From contig OZ241832.1 of assembly GCA_965202585.1 (NCBI GenBank), forward strand, positions 38,316,001 through 38,380,000: DNA of 64,000 nucleotides, read 5' to 3'. The DNA is from Thalia democratica. Taxonomy: Eukaryota. The position numbers and the translations under genes are program-made. The notes beneath the pieces are model-generated. The model did not search any database and had not been told where the DNA came from. It saw only the letters and a program-made list of their open reading frames with translations. The first letter of the stretch is position 1; the number at the start of each line of letters is the position of its first letter. Shown piece by piece: positions 1 through 13,529 of the stretch.

Positions 1-123
1 TTCAACTGTTCAGCTGTTGTCAGCCAATCTACAGTGAGGAGAAAAGATCAGAGTTGTTTGAAAGCTTGCCCTCACAAACCGAGCAGACGAACTCAAAGCT
101 TAAGATCGAGCTCGAATGTTCCA
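1..123 (+). CDS. Probable 3' part of a coding exon of a gene starting upstream of the window (product unknown)
   Basis: GC-richer than its flanks. Frame 3 is open (QLFSCCQPIYSEEKRSELFESLPSQTEQTNSKLKIELECS) and ends at CCAA|GTTAGT, a donor form used elsewhere in this window. Frame 1 is also open to 129, so the true frame is uncertain. Confidence 0.35.
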
Positions 124-2188
124 AGTTAGTTTAATTTGTTTAATTGTAACCTAACTGATTTTATAAGTATTATTTATTTTAATTTACCTTAAAATAGCTA
201 AAATAACTTGTTATTAAAAGTATAATGACTTTAATTATAAATAAAAACAAATTATACAGTATTTTATTTTATTTATATTCCAGTGAAGTTACTTTACTAG
301 GATCTTTTATTAGCAAACAATTAAAAATATATTTTGAACAGTGACTTTAATTATATAAATTTAACTTTTATATGAAAATGTATTAGTTAAAATATTTTTA
401 GTTTAAATAATGATAGTTATGTAGGAAAATAAATATTTTTTTTAAGTCATCAAAGTCATTATTTTTTTAAAGTAAATTTAGGTTGAATATTTCTTTTAAA
501 AAAATTGCTTAATGTTTTGTTTTATGGTAAAATATAAAAACCTTATAATTTAAATACTTTTGTACATTAAAGGTAGTATAAACCTAACTATCAACTTAAC
601 TTGCAACTATAATGTGATAGTATGAATTTTTTATACCTTTTAATAATAATTTAAAAAAAAATTCTATTAAGGATAAATGATTTTTACCTATCTTAAGGTC
701 ATTAAATAATATTCTTGAAAAGCTTTTTCTAATATGAAACATGTTTTATTGATTTTACTTTTTCCTTCTACATTTTATTTATACAGGTATAATAGTTTGA
801 AGATACTATTTATTTGAATAAAAACTGCTTTTTAACTAAATCATTTAACTTATAGTTTAACTTATAGTAAGACATACATAAATATTTGTCTCACCCAATT
901 GATTAATCTTAAATTGTAGTAGTTTTTGTATTAATTTTAAATTGATATGAACAAAATAAGCATTATTTAAATAAGAATAGTTAAAAAAAAACTTCTCAAA
1001 ATTTTTTTTTGTCTTTGATTTTCTTGTGGTGTTAGTTTTTTAAGGTATTAGTTTTATTTTTAATAAATTAAGTATTTTTTTTAATTATAAACGATTATTT
1101 ATTGCTTTTATTACTTAAAGTTTAAAATTAATATTAAAAAAGTAAATTTAACCTGAATGCATATTTAAGTAAAATATTAAGTTAAATATTGATAGTTTTT
1201 GTCCAGAAAAAGTTAGTTTTGTTAAATATAAACAATTTGAATTTTTAGACATAATCATTTGTAAACGCAGGTAACTAAGGTTTGAAATAAAATATATTTA
1301 AAAAACCTTAAAAAATTTTTTTTAAAGACTTTTAAAAATCTTAAAGCAATAAATGAATAACTTTTAAGTATTTTGAAGCCATCTAAAAAACATTAAATCA
1401 GCTTTTTTTGATAGTATATACAAAAATTGTTTAGTTGATTACCATTTCTACTTATTTAGATTTTAATGTTTTTTTTTACTAAAATTATTTTAAACTTTGA
1501 AAAAGTTTCAACAGACTGTATACTTAAGCTAATGATTAGTTAAAAATTATTGTTGTTTTATAAAAATAAAACATTATGCTTTTTTTAAAGTTGAAATTTT
1601 ATAAACCTTTTTTTTTTTCTATTATGTTCAAATTAAATAAACTTGATAACAGATTTTGTAAGAATTGAAATTAAATTCAATGAAGTAGTAAATGACAGAA
1701 AAAATAGAAATTCAAGAAACAAATTCTACACCTTGATTGTTTTAATGTTTTTATTAAACTGTAAATTTCCTCCAATAAATTACTCGAATGCTAATGATCT
1801 TGTTTTTGTTTATATTATAAGATTTTTTAATAATTTTTTTTTTTTAACTTTTATAAGAATAGCTAACTACTGCTGTTTTCAACAAAATAATTTTTTTTTT
1901 GGATTTGAATGACTTGTAAAAAAAGCTAATAAATACTAGTAAATAAATGTAAGGTCTATTTGTTTGTTAAATAAACCAATTACACTCAAAACTAAAAACT
2001 AACAACCTCATTTAAAAGAGTTTTTCGTTTTATTTTATATGAACGACTTATAAAATATTACAACTAACCTTTTTGAAAGTTATGATTATTTTGTGTTTAA
2101 GACCAATGAATACAAATTAGTCTTGCTTGTTTAGGTCAAGTTTACTTAAAAAAGAATAATCAAGACTTAAAAACTTATCCTATCACGG

Positions 2189-2280
2189 TTTATTGAACGA
2201 AAAAAAAAGCGCTCAAACATTTGGTCCTAGGATCTGGTGTACGAAAAAACCTGTCGGTTATCGAGTAATACACCAGCATA
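2189..2280 (+). repeat. ~95-bp interspersed repeat family R95, copy 1
   Basis: TTTATTGAACGAAAAAAAAAGCGCTCAAA..TTTGGTCCTAGGATCTGGTGTACGAAAAAACCTGTCGGTTATCGAGTAATACACC; homologous to copies at about 18271, 20738, 46284 and 54293. Confidence 0.85.
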
Positions 2281-2889
2281 CAGTTTAAAGTCATGTTTTA
2301 TTATCAAAAAGAAAATAATTAAATTACTTTAGGATAAAAAATATTGTACATGTTAGCATTCGAGATCTAGAAATAATTTTAATAAGTTAACTCTTCCGCA
2401 CGCATTCATTGTTCTAGTTACTTATTTACCCTTCATAAATATTTAAAACACTTTATTAATCTACGCTGAACTTTAAGGTTTTTAGATCAAATCACGTAAC
2501 TGATAAAATATATAGATGGCTATATTAAACTTTCAAAGTTTAAAGCAACCTAAATAATAAAAATGTTTTATAAAATGTGTTAAAACTAGCCAGAAATGTT
2601 TGAATATGTTTTAGTATGCTGCTAAGGATAACCGGTTGTTTCTGACATGTTATTTTATTAATAGTAAGTTACAATTAAATTATCATTGCTAACACTTTTT
2701 TTCGTGAAATAGAGTAAAGCTATAGTAGGTTCATAACTTAAAATAATTAAAATTAACCTTTAATTAAAAGGCTAAGGGTAAAGAGATGTTAACTTTGTGC
2801 TTTACAAGTTATTTTTATCTTTAAAAAAAATCAAAGTTACTTTTGAGATATAGTCGATCAAAGTTGGTAGTTTAATAGGTTTAATAGCT

Positions 2890-3517
2890 TAGTGTGCCTA
2901 TTTTTATAGCTACTTCTTATTTTCCGGCTGGAAAAGTAATATGTTTCAGAACTATCATAAAAACAACCTGTGCAAAGTTTAAGATGATTTGAAGTAACTT
3001 TCATCTTGGCTTCAATCGATTTTATAAAAACCACCCAAATGGAAAATGTATGGGACCCAAAAATGCGACCTTGGAGTTTTACGCTGAACGTTTTTTTACA
3101 TGTGGTTAATTATCACACAAACACATTGTAAACAATTTAAAACGAAGTTTTATGGTAGCATTTCTTGTTTTTTGAAAAAATACTGGAAATTCAAGAAAAC
3201 TTATAAAAACTATGAAGAATACAAAAAATCAAAAAATCTTAAAATAAACTTTCTTTGAATCGTTTTAAATTGTTCACAATGTGTTTGTAAGGTAATTAGC
3301 CACATGTAAAAAAGTTTTAAACTTAAAACTCCAAGGTCGCATTTTTGGAACCCATACATTTTGCATTGGGGTGGTTTATATAAAGTCGCTTGATGCTAAA
3401 GTGAAAGTTACCTCAAATCATCTAAAATTTTGCGGAAGGTGGATTTAGGTTAGTTCCGAAACATAAAATGTTTTCCAGCCGGAAAATCAAAAGAAGCTAT
3501 AAAAGTAAGCACTCTAT
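2890..3517. mobile_element. Foldback MITE with ~260-bp imperfect terminal inverted repeats
   Basis: 2890-3150 is the degenerate reverse complement of 3260-3517, e.g. TTTTCCGGCTGGAAAA / TTTTCCAGCCGGAAAA and ATGCGACCTTGGAGTTTTA / TAAAACTCCAAGGTCGCAT. No ORF. Confidence 0.8.
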
Positions 3518-3619
3518 AATAGCTACTGTCCCACTTTTTTAAACAATATTACTACTCAACTTGAAACATGAATGAAATATTTATAGAAATTAAAGTTTTT
3601 GTACTTTAGGCTAATTTAA

Positions 3620-3840
3620 AGGTTTGATCATAGTACTTAAATCTTCAACAAAAGGTTTTCGGCTTCGACTGACTGACTGACGAGTTTCAATAAGAACGAA
3701 ACCCGGGTCTCTATCAACCAAAAGCTTGTAGTCAGATGATCGGATTGGTATAATCAAACCTTTCTGTTAACTCGAGCTTGTCTAACAGTATTCGTAAGTC
3801 TAGGCTTTAGCTCTGTTAGACTTTCGCCGATGTTTTCAAT
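3620..3840 (+). mobile_element. Hammerhead-bearing non-coding retroelement (PLE pseudo-LTR or retrozyme-like), family H1 copy 1
   Basis: Contains CTGACGA..GAAA (3677-3701). 3740-3838 is homologous to 27430-27515 and, inverted, to 15530-15610. A short inverted piece lies at its 5' edge (3620-3634). Confidence 0.7.
3671..3715 (+). ncRNA. Minimal type-I hammerhead ribozyme with partly decayed stem I
   Basis: GACTGA-CTGACGA-GTTTCAATAAGAAC-GAAA-CCCGGG-TC-TCTATC: intact core, palindromic stem III (ACCCGGGT), GUC cleavage triplet; stem I pairs at 4 of 6 positions. Confidence 0.7.
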
Positions 3841-4264
3841 AATTTTAAGCTTTAAATAGTGTAAACATTTTTATGATTGTTTGATAAACTAGAGTTAAAA
3901 AGTTAAGTTAAAAAATTAAGCTGGTGGTTAAAAAATATTGTTTATGATAGTCAAAGTAAAAACTTGGCAAAAAAAGTCGACGATTTATTTTGCATAACAA
4001 ATATATACAAGTTAATTGTTAATGTTGCTTGCATCAATATCAAATTATTGAAACTAAGTTCTTGTGTATGTTTCTTTTTTTTTTGTTCGCTTTGACAATA
4101 AATTATTCTTAAATAAAAATGTATTCATTTAATAACACGATAAAAATATTGTTCAAACTTTTTTTTCATAATAAGTAATAGTATAACACGTAATTATTAT
4201 TTATAAACTTAAATTGCATGTACACTACAAGCAGCTTAAATCTTTAGGATTCCAATTATTAAAA

Positions 4265-4400
4265 TATTCGGACTCGGATTCGGCCGCATCCTAGTATGAA
4301 AAGAAAATTTTGATTCGGATCCGGCCAGATCTTAATTTGAATATAAAACTCAGACTCGGATCCGGCCAAATCCAAAGTTTTTGGATTCGGTAGATCACTA
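4265..4400. mobile_element. hAT-type MITE end fragment with GGATTCGG/GGATCCGG subterminal repeats
   Basis: Four spaced GGAT(T/C)CGG units ending in GGATTCGGTAGATCACTA (reverse complement TAGTGATCTACCGAATCC, resembling hAT termini). Confidence 0.55.
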
Positions 4401-5790
4401 CTATGTGTAAATTTTTTTACTTAATTTATATAACAACGAATTATATCTACAAAGTAAAAGAAATGTTTACATTTTTTTTGTTTGGACTGGACAAATTGTT
4501 AGCTCCATCGTTTTTACCAGAAACGTTTTTTAATTTTAAACACGTAAAACATTAATTTGAATTTAAGGCCATAATAATTTTTTTTTTAATCTAAATAAGT
4601 TTGTGATTTCTACAAAGCAAGCGGAATATTTTTTTTAGTTGGATAACAACTGTAAGCGTAACTAACTAAATAAAAACTGAGCAAAAATGTTTAAAATATG
4701 CGAGTATCTTCGTAACTACACCTTCCTTTTTGTAGTTGTGCTTTAAACTTTAGAGAAAATTCAAAACACCTAATAACATAAGATTTTACAAGATTTAAAA
4801 CCTCTGCTAGATTATAAAATAAAGAATATAATTTGTTTATTAGCCTTTTAGAATACTTTTATAAGTTCATTCTCTGTTGAACACTTTTTTAACGTTTTAT
4901 ATACTATAAAAAATTTAAATTATTTTTCAAAACATATTTAAAACAACTAAAGATATAGTGAAGTCTGTTATAAAGCATATACATGACATGCATAATTTAT
5001 AATAATTAGTAACTTAAAACTTGTTACTTATTATTATTAACATGTTTATTAAAAATAACTGTTACTTTGATTTCGTAGAAAAAATTCTAAAATATTTCTT
5101 CACAAATACAAAAGCATAAAATTATTGTCGTTTATTCTTTAATTGTAAAAAAAATATTTTGATCAGAAGTGATCATAAAAACATTTTAAAGTAAAATTTG
5201 TTTTCATAAAATAGTCAATAAGCTATGATGTATCAAAATATGTTTCTATCAAAGAAAAAAACACATCAGAAACAAATGTTGAAAAACAAACTTCTTCACA
5301 CACTATTTATAATACTATTTATATGATAGTTTTGTTTTATAGTATTTCTTATAAAGCTTTATGAAAAAATTATACCTTAATAATTAAAATTAAACTATTA
5401 TTTAGGTTTTTTATTGGTAATAAATGATGAAACTTTTTTTTTTATATGTAATTTTTTTTTATAAAACTAAGTGGAAAAATTGTTTTAAGAGTTTAAATTA
5501 CTACAGTTTAACTATTATGTACTTTGTTATAGATTAACATTTAAGTTTATTTTAATTATAAAGTACCAAAAAAAAGATAAGGTTAACTATGATAAATATA
5601 TTTAGATAAAAAAAAAATCGATTTTTTTTTATGTGTATTTTTAAAGGTTGGAATTTACTTTTTTAATTTATAAAAATTGATTATATATATGAACAAATAA
5701 AAGGTGTTTGTGTTTTCCTGACAATGAAGAAATAAAGATACTGTTAGTTAATTTATAACACACCTTAACTTTTAAGTAAAAGTATACAAA

Positions 5791-6031
5791 TAGATTTATG
5801 CAATTTATATATTTTATTCGCGACCGGTTTCGGTGGCAAAAAATTGCTACCTTTTCAAGCAAAAGTATAATATTAAACTGCATATAACAATGTTAGTTAT
5901 TTATACTTAATAACAGTATAAATAACTAACATTGTTATATGCAGTTTAATATTCTATTTTTGCTTGAAAAATTTGCAAATTTTTGCCACCGAAACCGGTC
6001 GCGAATAAAATGTATATTTTGCCTAAATCTA
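5791..6031. repeat. ~240-bp palindromic hairpin, probably a MITE
   Basis: Arms of about 115 bp (TAGATTTA..TATTCGCGACCGGTTTCGGTGGCAAAAA and its reverse complement) around the loop TAATAAC. Confidence 0.85.
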
Positions 6032-8051
6032 ATTAAATAAGCTCTTTACATCCCAGTAAATTAAGCATTCTTTTTTATTTAAGGCAAATAACTGTATAAG
6101 TAATAGTATAAAATAAAATTCACAATTTTTTTTAACTCACTTTACTTTAAAATTCTAACGTATATTTTGATTTTTTTAACTTAATTTAGCAATATGTACC
6201 AGCTCTATTTTTCTCAAAACTATTTTAATGAGCTTAATTTATTTTTAATAAAATAAATTTTAAGCGTTAATTTCAAACAAAAGGTGTGAAGTATAAATAT
6301 TATCAAATATTGATAAAAAAATTACCTTTATATTTTAAATGATAAAATCTGTTTAATGAGAACATTTTTATATTTAACCTCTTTAATGTTTCAACTAATA
6401 TAGTTTGATGTTCAATTACCATTTAACTAACCAAATTTTGGTTTACAACGCTTGTTTTTAGTTTTAAGTATAGTTCATATCTAAAAGTAGACCCAATGAA
6501 GGAAGTTTAACTTATTGGTATCTGGGAGTTACTTCTAAAACTATAAATGGTAACTTACGTAAGTAGGCTGCCGAGATTTGTCTTAATTACCCGTTAACTA
6601 GTCATAATTTTTAGTAAAAATAACTTTGGTAAGTAGTTTTCTCTTAAATTCAAACTTTGAAGTGCCTAGAATACTTACTCGACAGGATGCTGACTCTTTA
6701 AGATCAATTTCAAATTATTTTTAATATAACCTCATTTGTTATTTAATTTTTTAAATTAAAGTTATCGATCGTGCTTAACGAAGCTACATGCAAAGGTTAC
6801 ACATCGTGTTAAGGTTTCACTTCTATCTAAAGTGACGCTGTGCTTTTCTGACATCTACCAATAAATAAACTGTTGCAAATAAAATGTCCATTTTTGTTAG
6901 GTGGTGGCACATATTCTCACTAAACTAAATAATATAAAATATAGAATAAAAGGGAATAGTAAAACATCAGATTAAATCGCTAGTAAATGCTACGACATTA
7001 ATAAAAAAACTTGTACTGGTTTCAGTAAATAAAATTATTAAAGTAAACTGAAATTGATTTATATAATCAGCACCTAAAATTAAACAGTAAATACGTTCTA
7101 GATCTTTACTACAAACAGTATCATGATCTTCTTTGTAAATTTTTTAATTTTATTTTCCGTAAAAAACACATGAAGTTGATATCAAATGTAAATTTAAAGT
7201 TAATACTTACTGTAAAATTGTCATAAAAGATTATTTATTTTAAAATACTAGTTGTTTTGTTAATATTTTAAAAACTCAGTTCTTTAATTAAAACTAACTG
7301 TAAAAATGTATTTATCTGTTTTCATAAAAGTATTGGTTAGCTTGAACTCTTTAAAAAGTAATTAAGTAAAAATGTTTCTTATTTTAAACAAAAAAACCTA
7401 AACTTTTGTATTTTAAAGCTTCAAAGTTAAATTTATTTTCCTATTAACGAACATTTTTTGATAGATTTTACAAAACAATTTTAAAATTAAAATTTTATGA
7501 GGATTTAAATTTGCTTAAGATACTATGCTAGCTTTCTTAATAATGTAAGTTAGTATTTGAAATTATTGCAGAATCATCTTATATTCCGCTAAAAAATAAT
7601 CAAAAATAAAATCGAAATTCTTGATAACAAAAAACAAAATGATTAAAACATTGAATAACCTAAACTTATTTCGCGTGTCTCAAGTTAACGGTATTTGGAG
7701 TTTTAATTATTTTAGTAAACTTTTTTTACTTTGGAATATTAAAACTGTAAACAGTTTCCCAAATTTTAAATGAGGCCGAAATATTTTAACACGCTGTTTT
7801 TATCATTTTAAAATTGGTGTAATTACAAGTTTAATGGGGCATTAAAATATGTTTATGTAAAATTGAAAGTAATTAATCATTGTGTACTTTTTTACACAAA
7901 AACTAAAAAGAGAATGTACATAAAATATATCAATCTTCTGAAATCATATGATAATTTAAGTCTTCCAAGTAAAACAATACTTTAAAGAAATTTGTTATTA
8001 TCAATAAAATAATTGATGTTCACGAAAATTGAACTATTTTGAAAGACTAAT

Positions 8052-9048
8052 TTACTAAAAATATATAACATAGTGCATTTCATTTTGTTTAAATTTATTT
8101 AAGTACTTTCAAATAGGACTCGTCAGAAATTGTTTCCTACTGGATTGCAATGAATACAAATTGAAATAAAATTATACTGCAGTTTAAAGTTATAAGATAT
8201 AAAATGACGTAATAATCAAAAGTTTAAAATTAAATAAGTTCTAATGCTAAACAAATTTGGTATACTAATAAAACTCGGTAGAATTAAAACAATCTAAATA
8301 AAGAAGCGATAAAAATTTTAAATAAAAACTATGCTTAAAAATAAAGTTTAACAAGAAACTGATTACTTTAAAATTACTAATATAAGGATTTAAAAAGTCT
8401 AGTTTGGTAAACGAACTTTTTCTGCTTACATAAACTGGGCCTTAAAGATTGAATACATAAGGCTTCCAGAATATGCAATTGAAAAGAGTTCTCCGCTCTC
8501 ACTAAGACAGAAAAATTGTCCTTTTTATAATTTTTAACACACTCAGGATTAAAAAATGTGTGTTAAAAATTATAAAAAGGACAATTTTTCTGTCTTAGTG
8601 AGAGCGGAGAACTCTTTTCAATTGCATATTCTGGAAGCCTTATGTATTCAATCTTTAAGGCCCAGTTTATGTAAGCAGAAAAAGTTCGTTTACCAAACTA
8701 GACTTTTTAAATCCTTATATTAGTAATTTTAAAGTAATCAGTTTCTTGTTAAACTTTATTTTTAAGCATAGTTTTTATTTAAAATTTTTATCGCTTCTTT
8801 ATTTAGATTGTTTTAATTCTACCGAGTTTTATTAGTATACCAAATTTGTTTAGCATTAGAACTTATTTAATTTTAAACTTTTGATTATTACGTCATTTTA
8901 TATCTTATAACTTTAAACTGCAGTATAATTTTATTTCAATTTGTATTCATTGCAATCCAGTAGGAAACAATTTCTGACGAGTCCTATTTGAAAGTTCTTA
9001 AATAAATTTAAACAAAATGAAATGCACTATGTTATATATTTTTAGTAA
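8052..9048. mobile_element. 997-bp near-perfect palindrome made of two head-to-head 3' ends of a Penelope-like element
   Basis: Arms 8052-8542 and 8558-9048 (491 bp each) with a 15-nt spacer; I noticed one mismatch (8104/8996). The right arm encodes CVKNYKKDNFSVLVRAENSFQLHILEALCIQSLRPSLCKQKKFVYQTRLFKSLY* (8559-8723), a PLE GIY-YIG C-terminus, followed by a hammerhead-like CTGACGA..GAAA at 8974-8993. Confidence 0.85.
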
Positions 9049-11403
9049 GTTATGCACCGGAAAAAAGCTGTTCAAAGACTAATTTGTAAAACAGATGGAT
9101 TAACATAATATATCTAAAGTGAAAATTAATACTTTGTTTAATAATAATTGAAAAACATCTTAAAAAAAAAACAGCTTTAAGATTTATTTAATTTAACTAA
9201 ATTTACTTTTATAAAAAGTGCATACTATCTAAAATAAAATACTTAAAAATAAAAATTTTGCTAACTTACAGTCATAAACATTGATTTCAAAGCTAGTCAC
9301 GTCATTTTACTACACAATCATTTATTAGTCACTTTAAAAAAATCTACGTAGCTACTATAGGAAGTTTAACAACTTAGTAATAAAAAATTCTAAATACTTG
9401 AATAGAATAAATGATTAAAGATCATAAAAGTTTTATACTCAAATTAAACAAGTTAAATGCATTTATTCGCTTGTTAAAAATTGTTTTTTTTATTTAGAAA
9501 AACATTGTAAATTTTTTCACACTGCAGCAAAACTTATAACGCGCTAAAATAATGTTGAGTAACAAACTTACATATGAGCAGCACAAATGTAATATAAAAC
9601 GAAAAGGCAAGAGGCAAAAATATACAAGTAAGGCATCGAACTGCACAATATTCAAATACATTTACTTGTGGCTGACTGAGTAACATGATTTGTTTAAAAT
9701 TCAAAGTTTGCTATTTCTCTAGAAAACCTCCTTTAAAATCGCAGCTTCAAAACATCGAAACATTGTTTAATGTGAAAAATTTTGCTGTAAAAATAATTCT
9801 GCAAAAGATACGTAAAAAAATGTCAGCAAGTATAATTAATTTTAGTTCAGCTTGATATACAGAAATAATTGCAAGTACACTTCTACCTTTAATTAAAAAG
9901 TACAGTTTTAAGTTTTTTTCTTGCATAAGTTTCACAACAAAAAGTGCATTTAATGTTAGCTTGACAAGTTGTAAACAAAATAAGTCTCATTTTTAAGGCA
10001 ACAATAAAATGACTTGTCTGATACCATAATGTTTTTATTTCTAAAAAAATATTTTTTTGTTACAGCCATATGCAAAACAGTACCAACATTTGATTAAATA
10101 ACTCAAAATATGTAGTTTTTAGCAAAGATATCAAGATATCTGTAATACAAAAGTTTGATACACAGAAGATATTTTATTCTCTAAACGTATTTTAACCAAA
10201 AAACTTTAAAATATTTGTTTTTAATACATATAAGCTTGCTTATAAACAATCTAAAGCTAAAAAGGTAGACCTATATTGGGTAACAGTGATGTTTTTACAG
10301 AATTAATTAAAAGATACATTTAAAAACCTTTTAGTAAACAAGAATGTCTAAAAGAAATAAGAGCAGAACATTAAATATTTCTAAATGGTCATGCGTTTGA
10401 CTTAAACAAAAAATCAAGTTACACAAGTTCGTATAAAAAATTAAATTTCTGTGTGTCACACTCTGGAGTAAAGCAGATTAAAAAAATACACTAAAACTAT
10501 ACTTCACAAGTCATAACCCTAACAAAATAAGTACTGACGTAATAAAAGTGCAATTAGTAGTATAAAACTTAAGCATAAATAAATACTTTAAAAAAAAGTG
10601 TGCTAAAAAGACCCAATGAAACTATTTAATGTCATGAGTACTTATTGTCTTGTGTAAGAACAACATGAATGTAATTGTTAGGCTTAAAATCAGACAAGGT
10701 CGTTTACATTTAATCATGGCTTCTATGTTGTTAAGAGTTAAAAAAGTACACACTTTAGAACATGTATACCGTTTTTATTAAAAAATTAATTTTGAAGTAT
10801 GCGTTTTTAATAAAATGTATATAAAGGTCCATTTATTAATTTGTAAATTTATAAACTAAATACTAAACTTTAAAACCTTCACAAAACAATTACACACGTT
10901 TAAAAATTTGTTTTAACTTATAATAAACAATCTAGTAATTTTATACTAAGCAGCTTTTGAAACTATTTCACTGTAATACAAGAAGTTCCTGTGACACTAA
11001 CTATATAATAAAACAATTTAGCATTAACATGCTAATTTAGTTCTTTAAAACTATTAGTTCTTTTTTACATAAAAAACAATTCCTCCATAAAATTTATAGT
11101 CAAGAGCTAAATAAATATTTTTAATGTCCGAACTGGTTTTTAATTGATGCTAAAAAATATTATTAAAATATTATTATTTTAACTTTACTCACAGTAGATT
11201 AACATTTCAAACTATTGATTTAACATTTTTAAGTAATAAAATTCTTTACATAAAGAATATAATCAGAACAGTTGTGTACAGAATTTAAAGACCTTGTAAA
11301 CACTAAAATTTTGTGTTAAAAATTGCAAAAAAAAAAAAACTTAATATGCTTAAATTAATTTGATTGAATGATTAGTTTAGAATTTAATTTTTGAATATCA
11401 AAA

Positions 11404-13529
11404 CTAGTTAATTTGTAGCTCTCTTAACTTATTGGTTTGTTTAGTTATCCAAGATTTAATATCATCATTTTGCTTGCAATACAAAGGAATTCTGGTAGAA
11501 GGCTTTGGATCAATATCAACAACAGAGATTTGTATGATAAACCACCTATTTTGAAGTGACTTGAGAAGTAACTGCGACTTACAGGACTGGTTGAACTCAC
11601 TAGCTTCAATAACTTCTTTTAATTGCATGTAATTTTCAGTCACGTCTTTCATTGTGACCATAACTGAGCAATCACAAAATGATTTGGAAACTAAAAATTT
11701 TTGCAACATTTCTTTTGAACCACTTTTGTCAGTAGACCTATAAAAAAGTTGAATGTTATAGATTCTTGTTTTGTTAGTTAAATAAATTTAGTACCCACAG
11801 TTATTATAAGAACAATTAAAAAATAATTTATGCTACTAAAAAACTGTCTAAAACAGTAGTTCCCAAAGTATAAAAAACTGTCTAAAACAAGCAATCAGGT
11901 GGCAATATTGCTCCCTTTGAGAACCACTAATATTTATAAGAAATTGGTTATGTATAATTGATTATTAATATAAAAGCGATCACTCCTTATGTCTTTTTGC
12001 AATCAGGATTGGTATCATTGATATTCCAGCAAAACTTGTCAAAATTTAAACCAGCAGTTCCAAAAGCAAGGGTGCAGCTAGGAGGATGACACACACTTTT
12101 TAATCACCACCTTGTTATAAAACTATACTGGTTTAAATATTGTCAACCTTTGCTGGAAAATCATCAATGACACCAATCTTGGTTGCAGGTAATCAAAAGT
12201 AGTAATAACTTTTAGAGCAATATCAATGATGTATGAAATATTTCTCATAAAAAAAAATATTTCCCAACTCATTACTTTGGGAACTATTAGTCTAAAATGT
12301 TAGTTTATTTTAAAATAAGAAACTTACTTGTCCTTGTTAGCTTTTGAGTTTTTAAAACTGTAAAAATTTTGCAAAACATCAATATTTCCAATATTTTCCC
12401 AAGACTTTTCATGAAATGAACCATCTAGTTCTTCAGATACTTTCAAATCTTTATTCTTAATTATTGAACAATAATAACTTCTAAGCAAAGAGTAGCTGAA
12501 ATTACTTATCAACTGGCAGGAAAGCACACGTCCTAGTATGCTTGAAGAGGGTAAGCAAAATTGGCAATTTTTTGGCAACTTTAAACTTTGGTCAACTAGG
12601 CTCAGATCTTTTATGAACAACTTTTTATACTTTTGTCCATGGCATTTATGTTGACTAGCAGTTGAAAGGTTTTTCTGATTTTTGTTATCTAAAGGCTGCA
12701 GTAATGCACTACAAAGTAAATCAAAAAAAGACAACAATGTTTTTGACTTAGCGCTTGTATAATTTGATTTATTAGTGTAAAAAGATTTCAAAACTTCTGT
12801 AAGCAAACCAATTCCAGAATGGAACTTTTCATCTTTTACTTTTTGGTCAAGTATTTCTTGTGAAAAACTTAACCTGCCATTCTTAAATATACGAAATACA
12901 TTTTGTGGACACTCAATTAAAGCTATTAAAGCATTTATCATTGCAGGTTTATTACCTGAAAACAAATCTATAGGACAAAAATTGTTAAGCTTTGTTCCTT
13001 TTCCATCATTAAAAGTTCTAAACAGTTGTTGTGAACAAAATTGACAAAGATTAACATTTGACCCTGGATCACCTTCAGACATAAAACCTTTTTTCAGCTT
13101 AACTTCAACACAAAAAACATCTGATTTGGTACTACTAAGAATTCTTTCTACTTTATTATTTGAATGAATCAGAGTTTTATCTTCCATTAAAATACCGTAT
13201 TTTGACAACAACAATGATTTATGCTTGCGATAAGCTGGTCTGTGTACTTGTACATACTCATTTAGTTTCAAAATGAAGTCTTTAGTTACATCAATTCGAG
13301 ATGGACATTTACAAGACAAGCAATTGCTCATCAATGGCATTACAACATTTCTATGGTAAAGAAGCTCTTGTAGCTCACTGCTTTTTGAACCCTTGCATTT
13401 CTGACAAACAATACCATTACACTCACAAAAAGCATTGAATTTTTTAAGGCGTAAAACTTTTCCTTTGTCATCACAGAAAACAATGTGCTTGTTACCCTCG
13501 GCTTTGTACCTCCAGTCTTGAGGGTTCAT
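11404..13529 (-). CDS. IPPK: Inositol-pentakisphosphate 2-kinase (IPK1 family); 2 coding exons (13529-12328, 11737-11404), 511 aa
   Basis: Motifs WRYKAEGNKHIV, VLRLKK, CVEVKLKKGF, CQFC, FCPIDLFSG, PQNVFRIFKNG in exon 1, and FLVSKSFCDCSVM and VVDIDPKP in exon 2. Phase-2 intron AA|GTAAGT...TTTTATAG|G keeps the frame. Confidence 0.9.
11854..12289. mobile_element. hAT-type MITE filling most of the IPPK intron
   Basis: TIRs CAGTAGTTCCCAAAGTA / TACTTTGGGAACTATTA; 8-bp TSD GTCTAAAA (11846-11853, 12290-12297); internal inverted repeats 11990-12050 / 12125-12190. Confidence 0.75.

Noticed and set aside
5815-6005. GAAACCGGTC motif in the palindromic MITE, identical to a hammerhead stem III
   Set aside because: No upstream CTGANGA core, so it is probably coincidental.
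6901-6930. Possible terminal exon (TTGTTAG|G TGG TGG CAC..TAA) for the gene fragment at 1-123
   Set aside because: The phase fits, but 10 codons after a 6.8-kb gap cannot be told apart from chance.
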